From: Callorhinchus milii
Taxonomy: Eukaryota
Reading direction: 5' to 3'
Length of the DNA stretch: 64,000 nt
NCBI RefSeq assembly: GCF_018977255.1
Contig: NW_024704743.1
Span: forward strand, 43,092,001-43,156,000
Part shown: piece after piece, positions 12,079 through 27,100 of the stretch
How the letters are laid out: every line of letters begins with the position of its first letter
Position numbering within the stretch: position 1 is the stretch's first letter
Position numbers and translations under genes: made by a program
The notes under the pieces: generated by a model
Told to the model about the DNA's origin: nothing
What the model saw: only the letters and a program-made list of their open reading frames with translations
The model's database searches: none

Positions 12079-15000
12079 GTAAGTCAATGTTTGATGTTGA
12101 AAGAGACAGGTTTTATTGGGATGAATTGGAGCCACTTTTATGTGTGTAACTCCCAGGCTAGAACTCCAGCTCCACCAAACGTCAGTATTTTCAACAGCAT
12201 TTTGTTAAAGAAGTCCACGTGTTTTGAATTATTAAACATCACTGTATTTGGCACCTTTTAAACGATTATGTTTGATAACACAGCAAAAGAAATGCAAGAT
12301 TTTATCACCAGCCTATAGCTGCAAAGTGGAGAGTTTGTCAATAATTTAGTGACACTTGGAAAGTGTGTATCTAATTCCTTATTTGGTTTAAACATTAATA
12401 ATAAGTATAATCTTTGTATTTGATGTAGCAACTGATCACTTTGCAGTGACGTCTCAAAGCGCTCTGTCCCACGTCACCAGGTGCTTTCAGCCCTACGCCC
12501 TGAAACTCTGGAAATCCCTTCACATTGCCCACTCTTGCCCATTTTCAGATCACATGTGAAGACCTTCCTCTTTGACTGTTCCTAAGGTCACCTCCCCACT
12601 CTCCCAGTTTCGCGGCAGGCTCTGATACTGTTAAGTGCTCTGAGACAAAATTGTCACTGTTTTTGTTGTTGCAGTGTGTGAACAAAATATTGCTCCTACA
12701 CAGAATGCAAGGCTCGTGTCAACTGATCCCTGGATTTCGATTGTCAGGCACGCTGGGACTATCCCCAGTTCAATATTATTGTGAATCTTATTGTGGCGTC
12801 CTGTAGCTCAGTGGTTAGAGTGCTCACCTCGCAAGCGAGAGACCTGAGCTTGATTCCCGGTATGGTGAAATGTTGGGCAAGTTTCCTTACTCTAGGAACC
12901 TGGTTGTTAGGTGATTGGCCGATCGCTTTTCCGGGGATAATAATTCCTTAAAAAAAAAGGTTACTTCAATCCACGATTGTTTGTGGGACACTGCTGTGCA
13001 CAATTGGCTGCCAAGTTTCCGCCACAAAATATACAGTCAATTCACTTTGCAGTATATTCAGTGAAGCTCTTTGAGACGTTTTGTAGACGTGATAAGGCGC
13101 TATATCAAATGCAAGGATAATTATTATCTTTTTTCTTGAGCTCATTAAATGTCAAACATCCTTAGGACCTGGGAGGAACTTATTAGTCCATGTTTCTTGT
13201 CGTGTCCGTGAGGGAAACCGGAAAAAAGTAGAAGATGATGAATTGTCACCAGTCGTGAGAGAATAAGGGAAGAGCCAAGGCATTTATAGTGTGTATAGTA
13301 TGTTCATGTCTGCCATGGGTTTTATTTATTTATGTATGGAATTGTGCATGTCTGATTGCCTGTCTGTTCTGGATTGAATGAAATACAATTTTTTGATCGA
13401 TTTGATTATTGTCATGCTGAATTTTTCCTTCCTTCCTCCCTACCCTCAGAGCTGAATTCAGATCTGGTCTATAATAAAATGACCCTCACATGACTGCAGG
13501 GAAATAATTTTACACTCTATTTACTCAATATAAATGGGTGGGTCGCAAGGGATTTGAATCCTAAAAGCCACACAGATCACGTGAGCATATATGAAATTAT
13601 TTCAAAGTGAGATAAAGCACAGTTGCAAAGGTTTGATAAGCTTACCAGTTCTTTGGATAAGGACTTACCAGTCCTTATCCAAAGAAACGTGCCAAGGTCT
13701 CTCTGGAAAGTTCTTCACTCTTGATTCGGTTCCAAGAGACATGACTAGCTATTTCCATTGTAGTGATAATTTTGACCATCCGCTTTAGGATTATTGGTGC
13801 AGTTTTGGAATTTAATTATAACAACAATAATCTTTGCATTTTGTGTGATACCTTATCACATCGTCAATTTTAAATTTGATCTGAATCCACAGTGTCGTAA
13901 TATATTAGTACTTGTTACTTCCTGTACAATTTATTGATAATCATAGTAACACGTGTTAGCTGATAAAACTCTTTATGATTCCTTTGTGGCATAGCAAATA
14001 ACTTCCAGCTTTGTATTATAAGTTTACAAATGGCTGGATGTTAGCTGATAGCATGTGGGATTGGCACTACTCTGCGAAGAGGCATACATCATATATGGTC
14101 ATATCTGTCGACAAAAGCACTGACATTCTCACCCTCACTGAAACCTGGATCACTCCAGGCGACACCTTCCCCCTGACGGAGGCCACATCACCCGGCTACA
14201 CCTTCCACCATTCCCACAACCTAACTGGTGGGGTGGCTCTCATCTCCCAGTCCTCACTCAACCTATCCCCGTACTCCTCTGGAATCTTCCCCTCTTTTGA
14301 GCACCTTATCCTTTATCACCCCTCCAACCTTTCCCTCAAAATTCTCCTTATCTATAGCCCCCACAAGCCCTCCCCAACTTTCCTCTCCGACATCTCCACC
14401 GAGGCTCTCCTGATTGGCTCCCATCACCGATGGCCGGGCTTTCAGCCTCTCTGCCCCCACACTCTGGAACTCCATCCCACGGTCCCTTCGCATCGCTTCC
14501 TCCCTTGCCTCCTCAAGGTCGGTCTCAAGACCTTTCTCTTCGACTGTGCCTTTGGTCTCCTTCCCACCTCTCTGCCTTCCCTCACCCCTACACTATCCCC
14601 CACCCCCATGCTCAGGACCCGACACCTGACTGTTGAGCACTTTGGGATATCCTCCCAACTTGAAAGGCGCTCTGTAAATGTAATTTTGTTGTTGTTGTTG
14701 TTGTAGTTGTTGTTGTTTCGTCCTCCACACCTCAGGTGTTGACAGCATCACCATCCATAGTTGCACTCTCCACCCTATTAAGCCAGTCTGGAACCTTGGC
14801 GTCTTGTTTGACCCTCAACTATCCTTTCTACCCCACATCCGCCCCATGACCCGTTCCTCCTTCCCCACCTCCGCAACATCGCCTGGCTCTGCCACTGTAT
14901 CACACTGCAGGCTGCCGAGACCCTCATACACACATTTACAACATCCAGACTTGACTATGCAAACTATTTGCTGTTCGGCCTCCTCAACTCCTCCCTCCAT

Positions 15001-15102
15001 AGGCTGCAGATCATCCAGAACTCTGCAGACCGTGTCCTCTCCCACACCAGGCTCCATGACCCTACATCAGGAGGATGTTCGCAAAGCTTGACAAGCTTGA
15101 CA

Positions 15103-15136
<34 letters not shown>

Positions 15137-18100
15137 GTCTGAGCAAGTAATGGGAAATTGGTATTTTTGTTGGCTGCTTAAGACCTTCATCTCTTCATCT
15201 GTCCTTGCGGGAATTGGAGAGTCTCGGCTCTGCGTGCTGCTGCTCTAACCAGGGACACAGCTCAGAACTGACAACATTCATCCGGTTGATGCAAAGTGTT
15301 TGGAGCGACAGGCAGCCTTGGGCTTCTGCTGACAGTCAAACCCTCAAGCATGTGAGCTGCTAGGAATAAGTGAGCTGCAGCTACAGGCAGTTTGTTTCAT
15401 TCAGATTCAGCTTCAGATTTATAACAGGCGGTTTTGTTTCAATCTCGTCTGAATTTCAATTGAATTCAGATTAAAAAGCATTGTCTTTCAGAAGAAAATA
15501 ATAATAATAAATTACTACAATCCTTACATTTGGTATAGCACCTTTGACATTGGGTGGACATCTTCAAGCGCTTCACAGGATATACTGTAAAGTGAAGTGA
15601 CTGTGTTTTTTTGGGCAAGTGAGGCAACCTTGGTTTAATATCTCAACTGAATGACATGACGGCACCTCCAACAATGCAGCACACCCTCAGCACTGCAGTG
15701 GAATGTCACCTTCGACTATGTGAATTCCAAGTCTTGACTTGAAGCTTGAACACACAACCTTGTGACTCAAAGGCGAGAGTGCTACCAACTGAGCCAGGCT
15801 GACATACTCAAGATCAAAGAAAGGAGCTGTCTTGAAGCAAATAATACAAATAATCTTGCAGAATTGATGCAGAGGAACTTTAGCGCATTCTCTGATTCGT
15901 TGCTTTTTGTTTCGTCCTCCTGACGTGAAGGACACTATACAAACGTAGTTTTGTTGTTGTTGTTGTTAACTTGTTCCACCATGTAATCCGCACAGCTCTT
16001 TGCAAAGTACCATCAGGAGCTTGTTCTCTGAAGTAGCTGATGGACAATGGGAATGTTGGCTGAACAGTAATCATTGTGTGTGAAACTTTGCATGTGCAGT
16101 AGGCTTCGAACATCTAACCAGTGTTTGAACTCCTCCAAGTTATCCACCTGTCACTGATTATTTGAGATTAGTTTCTGTCTTCATACAGCTTTCCTTAATT
16201 ATTTAGCACTGCAAGTGTGCGAGCAACTGTCATGTTTTTGGGGGTGATTTAAGTCAAATATGATGAATATCTGTAATAACTATTATTGAATCTTTGGAAT
16301 TATGTGAGGATTATGTTGTCAGAATACAACCAGCTGAATATGATTTGCACATCAAATATTGAAATCTGTCCTGTAGGATTTATTAAACCTACTGCACAGA
16401 TTCACTAAATGCCCCCAGGAAACTTCAAAGCTAGTGAGACACCTACCACAACAACACTTCCAGCTACAGCAGTGACTTCAGCCTCAAATCCAAGCTTTAC
16501 TCCAAACACTATTCCCAAACATTTGAGAGACAATGCAACACTGGAACCCCTGCTGATGAAAACTAAGAGCCTGGGAATTTACCCCAGGTCGAAGAATTTA
16601 GACAAAAAGTTGAAGAAAATGAAGTGCCCCCCTCACAAATATTTGAAGAAGATAAAGAGAAATGAACCTTTTCCCACCAAAAATACCAATGTATGGGTAG
16701 ACCTAGTCTTTAATATAAGAGACTGTGAGCTTCACTGTTGACACAAAAAATTACATACTACCGGAAAACAACAACAGCAAGAAGATTACATTTGTATAGC
16801 GCCTTTCACGTTGGGAGGACGTCCCAAGGCACTGGACAGTGTACAGCATTTCAGACCCGAGCCGGGGGCAGGGGAGGAGAAGGGAGGGAAGGGGAAGGGG
16901 GGTGGCCGATGGCATGGTTGAAGAGGAGGGTCTTGAGGTGGGACTTGAAGGAGCATAAGGAGGGGGTGAGGCGGAGTGATTGGGGGATGGAATTCCAGAG
17001 ATTGGGGGCAGAGTGGCTGAAGGCTCTCCCGCCAATGGTGGGGAGGGTGGGTCAGGGGATATGGAGCAGTCCGGAGCCGGCTGAGCGGAGGGAATGTGTG
17101 GGTTGGTAGGGGGTTACAGACAGAGATACCATACAGAATAATCTGCACCACAGTTAAATCATTTCGAATGCATCTGCATTGCAGGTCTATCTATGACTGC
17201 TCTTTCAGCAACTAAATTATTTTGAGTTTTGAAACATGAAAAAGAACCAGTGTGCCAATAGGGTTCTACATTCTGAAGGTCTTGTGTCATAAAATCCTGC
17301 GTCTTTATTGCTCATGGTTTATTTGACTGTGTCCAGTATTGATGTTTACTTGTGGACATGCTGTCTGCAATTTACATAGAGTTACATAGAGTGATACAGC
17401 ACAGAAACAACAACAAGATTTCATTTATAGAGCGCCTTTCACGTCGGGAGGACGTCCCACGGCGCTGGACAGTTGGGTCGGGACCCGAGCAGGGGGGAAA
17501 TGGTCAGGGTGAGGGGAGGGAGGGAGGGGGCGAGGAGGGGGTAGAGAGTCGAGAGGGGAGCTGAAGGCACGGTCGAAGAGAAAGGTCTTGAGTCCGGCCT
17601 TGAAGGAGGAAAGGGAGGAAGCGGCGAAGGCACTGGGGGATAGAGTTCCAAGAAACAGTCTAAGAGGTGCTTATAATTCACCTGAGCTCTCCCTCAGCCC
17701 TTTCCCATGTCCTTCCATTTCTCTCTCTCTCATGCACTCACCATGTTTCCTCTTAGATACGTTGATGCTTTTTCTTTCAACCACAGCTTCTGGCACTGAA
17801 TTCTACATTCTCACTACACTCTGTGAAAAGAACACCAACCTCCCACTCTCTTCCTGGTCAGCGACAGGCTCTGCAATTGTTGAGCGTTCCGAGACGCACA
17901 GGCATTATATAAATGCAAGTTGTTATTGCTGGTACCATAAACCGGATGCATACTACTTAATAATTATACTTAAAGAGGAATTGTTTTCGTGACAGGGGTG
18001 TATTATTTCCATGAAGCACCATTAGGATAATAAATGATACGCAGATCTTAGCCTTTTCAAGAAGGAGAAAAGTTGTGTATCATTTGTCCTAAGGGAACTT

Positions 18101-21100
18101 CAGGTAAAACATTAAAATTGGCTTCCACTGCCACTTTTTGTACATACATCAAAATGATTTGTGTTGTGAACTTGGAAAAGGAGAGGTTTTGTGTTCCCAT
18201 AATTGTCATTTCAAATTACCTTTCAAAGCAGCTCAAGTGAAGGGCATAATTTGAGTAAAACTTTCAAACCTCACAGCCACACTGATTAAATATCATTGCA
18301 GATATCACTTGTTACTATTTCTGTCAGTCAGTGTCTCTGTTTCTGTCATCAGTGTTACTTGATGTCTGACTGACAGAATATCTGTTAGACATCAAGTCCT
18401 GGATGAGAGCTACGTTTCTCCAGTTGAACGTCACCAAGTCCGAGGCTCTCCTGATTGGCTCCCGTCAACGCCTCCTCACCTCAGGCGTTGACAGCATCAC
18501 CGTCCATGGTTACACACTCCACCTTACTAAGCCAGTCCAGAACCTTGGGGTCCGGTTTGACCCTCAACTGTCCTTTCTACCCCATATCCGTGTCCTGACC
18601 TGCTCGGCCTTCCCTCACCTCAACCACATCGCCCGGCTCTGCCACTGTCTCACCCGTCAGGCCACCGAAACCCTCATTCATGCATTCTTCACCTCTAGGC
18701 TCGACTACCCAACTCCCAACTGTTATCTCCAAAAGCTGCAGATCATCCAGAACTCTTTAGCTCGTGCTCTCTCCTGCACTGGGCTCCGTGACTCTATCAC
18801 CACCACCTGACTCCACTGCCTCCCCAACCCCCAGAGGATAGAGTTCAAAATCTTTATCCATGCCTTCAAGGCCCGCCATGGCCTTGCTCCTTCCGACCTT
18901 TATGACCTGCTAATCCCATATCAATCTGTCCACTCCCTCCCCTCAGCAGGCTCTGGCCTGCTTCACGTCCCCCGCTCGGCCCACCCCACCCCACCATCGG
19001 CGGTTGAGCCTTCAGCCACTCTGCCCCCACCCTTTGAAACTGCATCCCACAAACCCTTTGCCTCGCTCCCTCCCTCGCCTCCTTCAAGATACATTTCAAA
19101 ACCCTCATCTTTGACCGAGCTTTCGGGCACCATTCCTGCCCTTCACCCTTCCTGATCCCAAGCTCCCCCCCCCCCCCCCACTGCTCAGGTCCAAATCCCT
19201 GACTGTCCAGTGCCTTGGAACGCCCCCCTGATATGAAAGCCGCTATACAAATGTAATTTCATATTGTATTTTGTATTTTAGCTACTCTATGACAAAAGAA
19301 TAAAGCATCATTTCTTTCCAATCTTTGTTTTTCTACTATAAGAAGGTGACAAATGCTCCTCACTGAATTCTCTGTGTAATTGTCCTCTAAATCAAATCAA
19401 CGGCAAATCAAAGCCTTTCTCCCTCAATTCTGCCTTTAGTTCTAGAAATATCAAAACAACAACAACAACAAAATTACATGTATAGAGCGCCTTTCACGTC
19501 GGGAGGACGTCCCAAAAGTCACTACACTTCACAGTGAAATCCAATGAAGCACTTTGAGATATCGTCACACTGTCATAAGGCGCTATATCAGATGCAAGGA
19601 TTATTATTATTTTGATTTGCGGGCAGCCAGTTTATTGACAATAAGACCATTGCCTTCAAAATAATAGACCAGCAAGGTGATGGGAATTGAGGTTTTCAAG
19701 AAAGTAAATACTTGTTTAAAAGCAATGCAGTGGAATTGTTGTGAATTCTAAACTATAGAGTGCTGCAGCTATTTAACGTTAGAGTGTAAGTTTGGTTAAT
19801 GAACTGCAAAGCACTCACATTCCTGGACCTCCTAACTCACCAGTGCCTGAATCGCCAATAATTAATAATAATAATAATAATTCTTGCATTTGATATAGCT
19901 CTTTATATCACGTCTTTGAGACGACTCAAAGTGCTTCAAAGAATATACTGTAAAGTGAATTGAGGGGATATTTTGTGGGTGAACTGTGACAGCCAATTGT
20001 GCATAGCAGTGTTCCATAAATAGTCATGGATTGAGTGACCAAAATAATATTGATATTGATGTTGGTCAGATTATGCGTGCATTTTAGAATGTAAAGGAGC
20101 ACATTTAATTTCACTAAAGTGCTCTTATTATGTGAAACAAAATCGAATTTCTAACATAGATTTATGTTTTGCAGTCAAATTCACAGCTTTTGAATTCCAG
20201 CTGTGACCAGCACTATGACAAGATGAAGAGTTGCTGCAATGAGTGTCAACCAGGTGCACCACTTTATTCTTCAGTTTTGCAAAATGTATAGGTTTCTTGG
20301 TTGTGTTTTGTGTATTAGCCGGGTGTCTGACACCCACAGAAATCCACCTCCATGCCTAAGAGTCACCAAACTATTGAGAGTTCCACATATATGTGGTCTC
20401 CTTTTGTCTGAAATGGAATGAGTGCACTCTTGCACTCTGCGTGCCTAATTCTGAAGAGGATGACGAGAGCCGAGGTGAAGTGCTGTGCTGGTGGGGTTTA
20501 TCCAACTATCTGTAGAAAGTCAGCTTTCATCTGATATCTGCAACTATGAATTCTTTCAATCTATTTGATCTCATTGGTCCAGGGTTTGTTCCTCTATGTT
20601 TCCCCATGAGTCCAGTTTAATGGTTCAACCACTTCACCTGGTGATCTGTTCGTCCTATTAATTACACTCTGGGCAAATATATACTTCCTGGTGCCTACCC
20701 TAAACTTGCCCTTCATATTCCTTTCTCGCTATTTTATATCACTAAAGCAAAATGAGTAAAATCCAATGGCACATTTGCCTCAACAATCACGTATGTTGAA
20801 TGTGCAGTATTTACACACAGGTAACATATGAAAAATACATTTCATTAAAACATGAAGGTCATGAAATTTGTGAAAATAAGCATAAGTTTGCTTTTCCTAC
20901 AAAAACTTTGTAAAAACATTAATGATTACAATTGAAGACAAGTATCACACAGAAATCATTAAAATGATAATATGGGTTTCACATCATAATAATAAACTTT
21001 ACATTAGTTTATATTTACATTGGGAAGACATCTCAAAGCACTTCACAAAATATGTTGTAAAATGCAGTGACTGTGTATTTTGTGGGTGAAGTTTAAGTTT

Positions 21101-24100
21101 AAAAAGTTGTTTTCCCCAGAAAATTTGCACATGAAGTGAGAACTAATTATTGTTTGTACTTTTGGGTGAGTTGCTGCATTTGAGAAGCTCCAGGAATTAA
21201 AATCTTCCTCTTAGAGGTTCTGTGAGTTTGCTTAAACCTGGAATTGCTTGACGAGGTGCTGATTGTTTAAGTAAACCCTGGACCATTGGACACACTTTTA
21301 TCCAATGTAGATGTCTGCACTTCTATATTGTTGCTGGAGCACTTTGCCAGAGGAGTTGTGCAAATGTTAACCTGAACTCTATTCTTTCAGGCTTTTATCT
21401 CTCCTCTCCATGCACTGAAAGTAAACCCGTAGACTGCAAACCATGTGGGGAAGGCGAGTACCTGGAGCACAGTAATTCTCAGGCAGAATGTTTCAAACAG
21501 ATCGAGTGTGACGAAAGTTAGTATTTATTTATCTGGTTCAAGCTTGTGACCAACATTTACAAAATTAAAGTGGTCAGAGTTCACTGATTCGAACACTATT
21601 GATTCAATCAAAATTTCTCTTTCAAAGTGCTTTAGAAAAGGACGAACACAGGGTTAGAAAATAGATCTGCATGAGTGTAATTAGCTTTTACCGCTTTTTT
21701 TGTTAACTTCACTAAATTTAACCATCCAAAATATTGGAAAACATATTCACATTCAGAAAAATGTGAAAGTAATCCAAATTTATTTTTTAAAAAAAGGTTT
21801 TGAATTTATTGATAAGTTTGATTTTACCAAGAAATCCTTTAGAGAAGCATTAAGATTGAGTTTCATAACTGTTAGAAAGTTAATCTCAGCCATGATATGA
21901 CACTGCTGTAATTTTGTCACTAGTCCAACATTTTCCAAAGATGTCACACGTTTTCTCATTTTGGAAAGCTTGGAATTTATCACTTAAAACTGAAAGAATT
22001 CAAGTTCAGTCTTTTTCCATGAAGGAAATGTTATCATATGTACAAAACTGCAATCACTCACAGGCCTGAAAAACTTCACAGTTTACAACATCTGCAACAC
22101 TAAGTCATAAAAGAGATGAAATTTCCATTTTGTTTAGAAAATGCAAAGTCTGGTTGTAAGAGTCTTTACTGTTTAATGGCATGTTTATTTTTACATCTGT
22201 GGTTCTGTGTTTGAACTGTACATTATTACATAGCTACACCATGCTGTTTTAAGTAGATTATATGATTACTGGTTGTTATTGAGGTAGAGTATTTATTTCC
22301 TTCCCTTTGCAGTGAAATTGATTCGATTTTACACAGTAATACAATTATAGCTCTGTGCTGTTGGATTACAGTAGCTGTCACTAGTTGTTGAGTTACAGTG
22401 CTTCCTTGCCTTTACAGTTAAAGGATTTGAAGTCCTACAAAAAGGAGACACAGTCAAGGCCACTCAGTGTGTATGCACAGCTGGATCACACTGCTCTCAG
22501 GACTGTGAATATTGCCTGAAAGATAATCCCTGCCACCCAGGTTATGGAGTCACAGAAAAAGGTGAGGTAATGCTATTGGAATAGCGTTGACCTGAAGTAA
22601 TCTGGTGCTCAATTGTAGTGAAATGTTAGATTTACCAGGCTGGTATTCCCTTTATACCCACATTCATTCATAATTTTAAATTAATTTGCTCTTTATAAAT
22701 AATAAAATAATCCTTGCATTTGATATGTAGTGCTTTTCACGTCTTCTAGACATCCCAAAGCACTTCACAGAATATACTGCAAAGTGAATTGACTGTATAT
22801 TTGTGGGCGAACGCGGCAGCCAATTGCGCACAGCAATGTCCCACAAACAGTCATGCATTGAAAAATGACCAATTTATTATTGTATTTTTTGGAGGGATTA
22901 TTATTAGGCGTGTGGAGTAAGGAAACTTGCCCAAGGTTTCGCCCTCTGCCTGGAATTGAACCCAGGTCTCTCACTTGCAAAGCGAGTGCTCTAACCACTG
23001 AGCTGCAGGACTCCACATTTTATCTCTTTGTTGTTTACAGGACGTCCTTGGGGCCGATAAGCTACCACAAAACAACTACATAACAACTTTCACTTTTTAT
23101 TTCTAATCAACTTTATTTAATAAATTTGAGACTTTGAGAAGTTTATTTTACATGAAATATATAATCTATAAATGCTAATTATTGTTAATAATAACATAAA
23201 GTAAAAACAAATTAATTGTCAATGCAACACTGCAGCAACTACACACAAGACTACAATGAAATAATAATCCTCATGTTTAATAAGGCACCTTTCACATCAG
23301 GAGGTGTCCATTAAGAATCCATAAGAATCAACAGTTGGGACAGATGCCCCTTGTATTTTCCAATTAATGCCCTTGTTGGCTTCTCTTAAGCCCTGCTGAA
23401 CCATGATTCCGCACTGAGGTGCACCACCATCATGTCCCACTGGGTGGTTCAGCGTTGAAGATGATCAGTGCAATGCACAAGATCTCTCGGTGAGTTTGCT
23501 AGCAACACATTATTATCGGCAAACAGAAGCACCTCAATCCTGTCAGAAAGCCCCTGGAATACCAAGTCCATCCCCTTTGATGCCATGCAACACGTCAGTG
23601 ATGAATATATCGAATAGGGTGGATGACAATGGGTCTTTTTCTTCCCCTTGCTACATTATTGAAGATTCGACTATTAATTGTAAGGAGCTGTAAAGACGTC
23701 TGTTTTATTCCTTCACTGTGCATGTTCTCTTGTCCCTGTCTATGTCTAGTTTCCTTGTTCTGCAAGCATTCTAATTTCTGATCATTTTCTTGTGTTCCAC
23801 AGCAAACAGGGAATCTGACACAGTGTGTGAGCGATGTCCTTCAATGCACTTTTCAGAACAGATCTCTTTGACAGAAAAGTGCAAACGGTGGACCAAGTAA
23901 GTTTGCACATACTGTTACAGCACAATATTCAAAGGGGTAAGGCTTGCAGGAGTTTTGCTGCATTTGAATAACCCACTTATCTCATGGATGGGGTTCAAGA
24001 TTATGGTCTATACATTATCAGTGATAATCATGACATCACCCCCCAAAAACATTTTGAGCCAAGAGCAGTCAATAATAATAATCCTTGCAATTGACATAGC

Positions 24101-27100
24101 GCCTTATCATCGAGATGTCTCAAACCGCTTCTCAGGATTTTTCTGTAAAGTGGCGTAACTGTGTATTTTGTGGGCGAACGAGGCAGCTAATTTGTGCACA
24201 GCAATGTCCTAATAGTTAGCACTGGTCTCGGATGTGGGGGAAGGTTTAAAGTGGAAATGGGTAGAAATTCCTAATCTGCCAAAGATTTGAAATACCTAAC
24301 ATGCCCAAAAAGAAATGCAGAATAACAGCTTCTAACTTAAGATTGTATCTAAGAATTTTCCAACATCCTGCATTACCTCAAATATTACGTCCATTGCTCA
24401 GATGCAGTCTTTAGATTTACAATACGATACAACTTTACATCAAGGTAGCCCTTCACGTTGGGAGGATTTCTGTAGCTTAGTGTTTAGAGCACTTGCCTCA
24501 AGAGGACCTGGGTTCAATTCCCGGCAGGGAGAAACATTGGGAAACTTTCCTTACTCCACACTCCTCTGTTTACTTAGCAGTAAGTAGGAACCCGGTTGTT
24601 AGTCAATTGGCGGATCACTTTTCCGGGGGTATAATTCCTACAGAAATAAATTAATAAATAATTTGGTCGCTCAATCCACTACTGTTTGTATGTCACTGTT
24701 GTGCGCAATTGGCTGCTGCGTTAGCGCCCACAAAATATACAGTCAATTCACTTTACATTACATTCTGTGAAGCGCTTTGAGACATCTCGAAGATGTGATA
24801 AGGCGCTATATCAAAGGCAAGGATTATTATTATTTCCTCCATCTACCTGATTATTTCTTCTTCAGTGGGTTACGTCAGTTTATGGAGAAGAGGTTTGTTC
24901 TCAGCATGTTGTTCAGTACCTGCCTGTCTGAAAACTTAAGTTGATAATACTGTTCAAGTTCCATACCTGTTTCTTAATTTTGATCCACTTTTTGCCCACT
25001 TGTAAAACAGACAGCTAGTGAAACTCGTGACTGATCTGTCAAGAATGATCCTCTGCATAATCTTTTTCTATGATATATTGTCAATTGCCTAAACCGCTGT
25101 GTCGGTGATTTTTAGAATGAACCCTATCCATTGGGAAATGTCCTCAAGTTATTGCAGCAAACTATTATTAGCAGAAATGTGATGTAAACTCTGTATGTAG
25201 CAATTGATTTCCACAGCGCTAGACACCAACGTATGATCATGATATGTTTGCGCAACGAGTTTCATTTTTTTGTAGGGGTGTTTTGATTGGATTGTACCTG
25301 CCAGGGCTGGGGGAATAGATCTTGAGCACAGTTCAAAAGATGAACATCCACATTTCACTGATGCTATGTTTATACTCCCAGAATAATATTAGTTGTGATT
25401 TCTCCAGCCTTGAATCGGAAATGGAAAGTGAAACACAAGGGTTCAGTTTCGGTGTTCTGTGCTAATGAACCTTAGCACTCTGAAATTGGATGTTGTCAAG
25501 AAATGGTCAAGCAATAGTCCTTTTTAATGACCTTATAAAAATTCTGAGATGTTCGAGAGCTTTGAACAGAATAAAGAGAGCAAGTCGAGTGCAAATCATA
25601 CCCAGCGTGTTTAAATTGTTACTTCTCTGTGTTCTTTATTCTTTTTTGGTCCCTTGTGCACCAGCTGCAGTCAAGGTTTCTACTTTTACTACTAATAATA
25701 ATCCATGCATTTGCTCCAGAGCCTTTCTCATCAGGAGGACATCTCAAAATGCTCCATTATAAAGTATGGTAACTGTGTATCTGTAGGTGAACACGCCAGC
25801 CAATTTGCACACAGCAGTATCCCACAAACAGCTATGAAGTGAATGATTAATTTTATTTGGTGGAGGGTCGTTGAGCAGGAAATAGGGAGAAGCTCCTCAT
25901 TTTGAATCGTGCCGTGGGATCTCAAATGTCCACTTGATCAGGCAGATGGTTTGATGTCTCATTTAAAGGACGGGACTTCCCCCGATTGCCACCACCACAC
26001 CCAAAGTTGATGGACTGCTGACCTTTGCTTGGCACCTCAGTATTATTTGATGCAGAGGCTGAGATTAACAATTTGGCATTGGTCCATAAAATACAAATCC
26101 CATGAAATGTAATTACTATTATTCATGGCAATATCCCACAACAAGCAATGAAGAGAGCTATTAGTTTTATTTGGGGAATTGTTGGCCAAAACACAGGGAG
26201 AAACTTCCTTCTTTTTAGAATGGGGCCATGGGATCTTTAACATCTACCCAAACAGCCTTGGTTTAACAGCTCATCTGAAGGACAACACCTCTAACAATGC
26301 ATTTGGTTAATATCTTGATGTCACTGGCAAATGGGATCATTTGATCTATATTAATGATCATTAATATCTTTAATATTCCGTAGTTGTACAGCATTGGGAC
26401 TGATCGAGAAGGTGACTGGAAACACTACGTCAGATGTAGTGTGCACCAATGGTGATGCAACTACCCTTCCCAGGACAAGTACTGCAGGTATGAAGTTTAA
26501 TGGTCCGATTCCAAACCAACAATTTGGAAATCTGTGACTTGCCCTATTTATTTAGAGTTTTGTTGTCCTCATTTCTCTGTAATAAAACAATGTCCTGTTT
26601 TATCACAGATAAATGAATATGTCATTTATCTGAAATATAGCAGATATTTTAAATGCATAAGTAAAACGTATGTACTAAAATTCAGTATTATATTTGTAAA
26701 ACATGATATTGCAAATTTATGTGATATTTTATTACATAAATAAAATGGAATTATGTAATGAATAATTACATTTTATATAAGAACATTATATTTGTAAAAC
26801 AAAATAATTTTGTAATATTTTGTTACATAAATAAATAATAATAATAGTCCTTGCATTTGATATGGTGATTTATCACGTCTTCAAGACGTCTCAAAGCGCT
26901 TCACAGAATATACTGTAAAGTGAATTGACTGTATATTTTGTGCACGAAATGCTGATATCCCATGATTTTATGCACTTGTTTAGCTTGATTTTTTTAATTA
27001 AAATATTCCCAAACTAATTAAATCTGAGTTTTCTGCTTCCATTTGCCACAGTCATGTTGCATTCTCCCTCCAACTGAAGCCTCTGTCATCATTCTGCTCA

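Noticed and set aside
18319..18378. 13-bp perfect inverted repeat as a pre-miRNA
   Set aside because: Stem too short and loop too long; the right arm belongs to the L2 5' junction, so it is probably an insertion by-product.
26688..26836. Imperfect AT-rich tandem duplication in intron 6
   Set aside because: Low-complexity local duplication with no sign of function.
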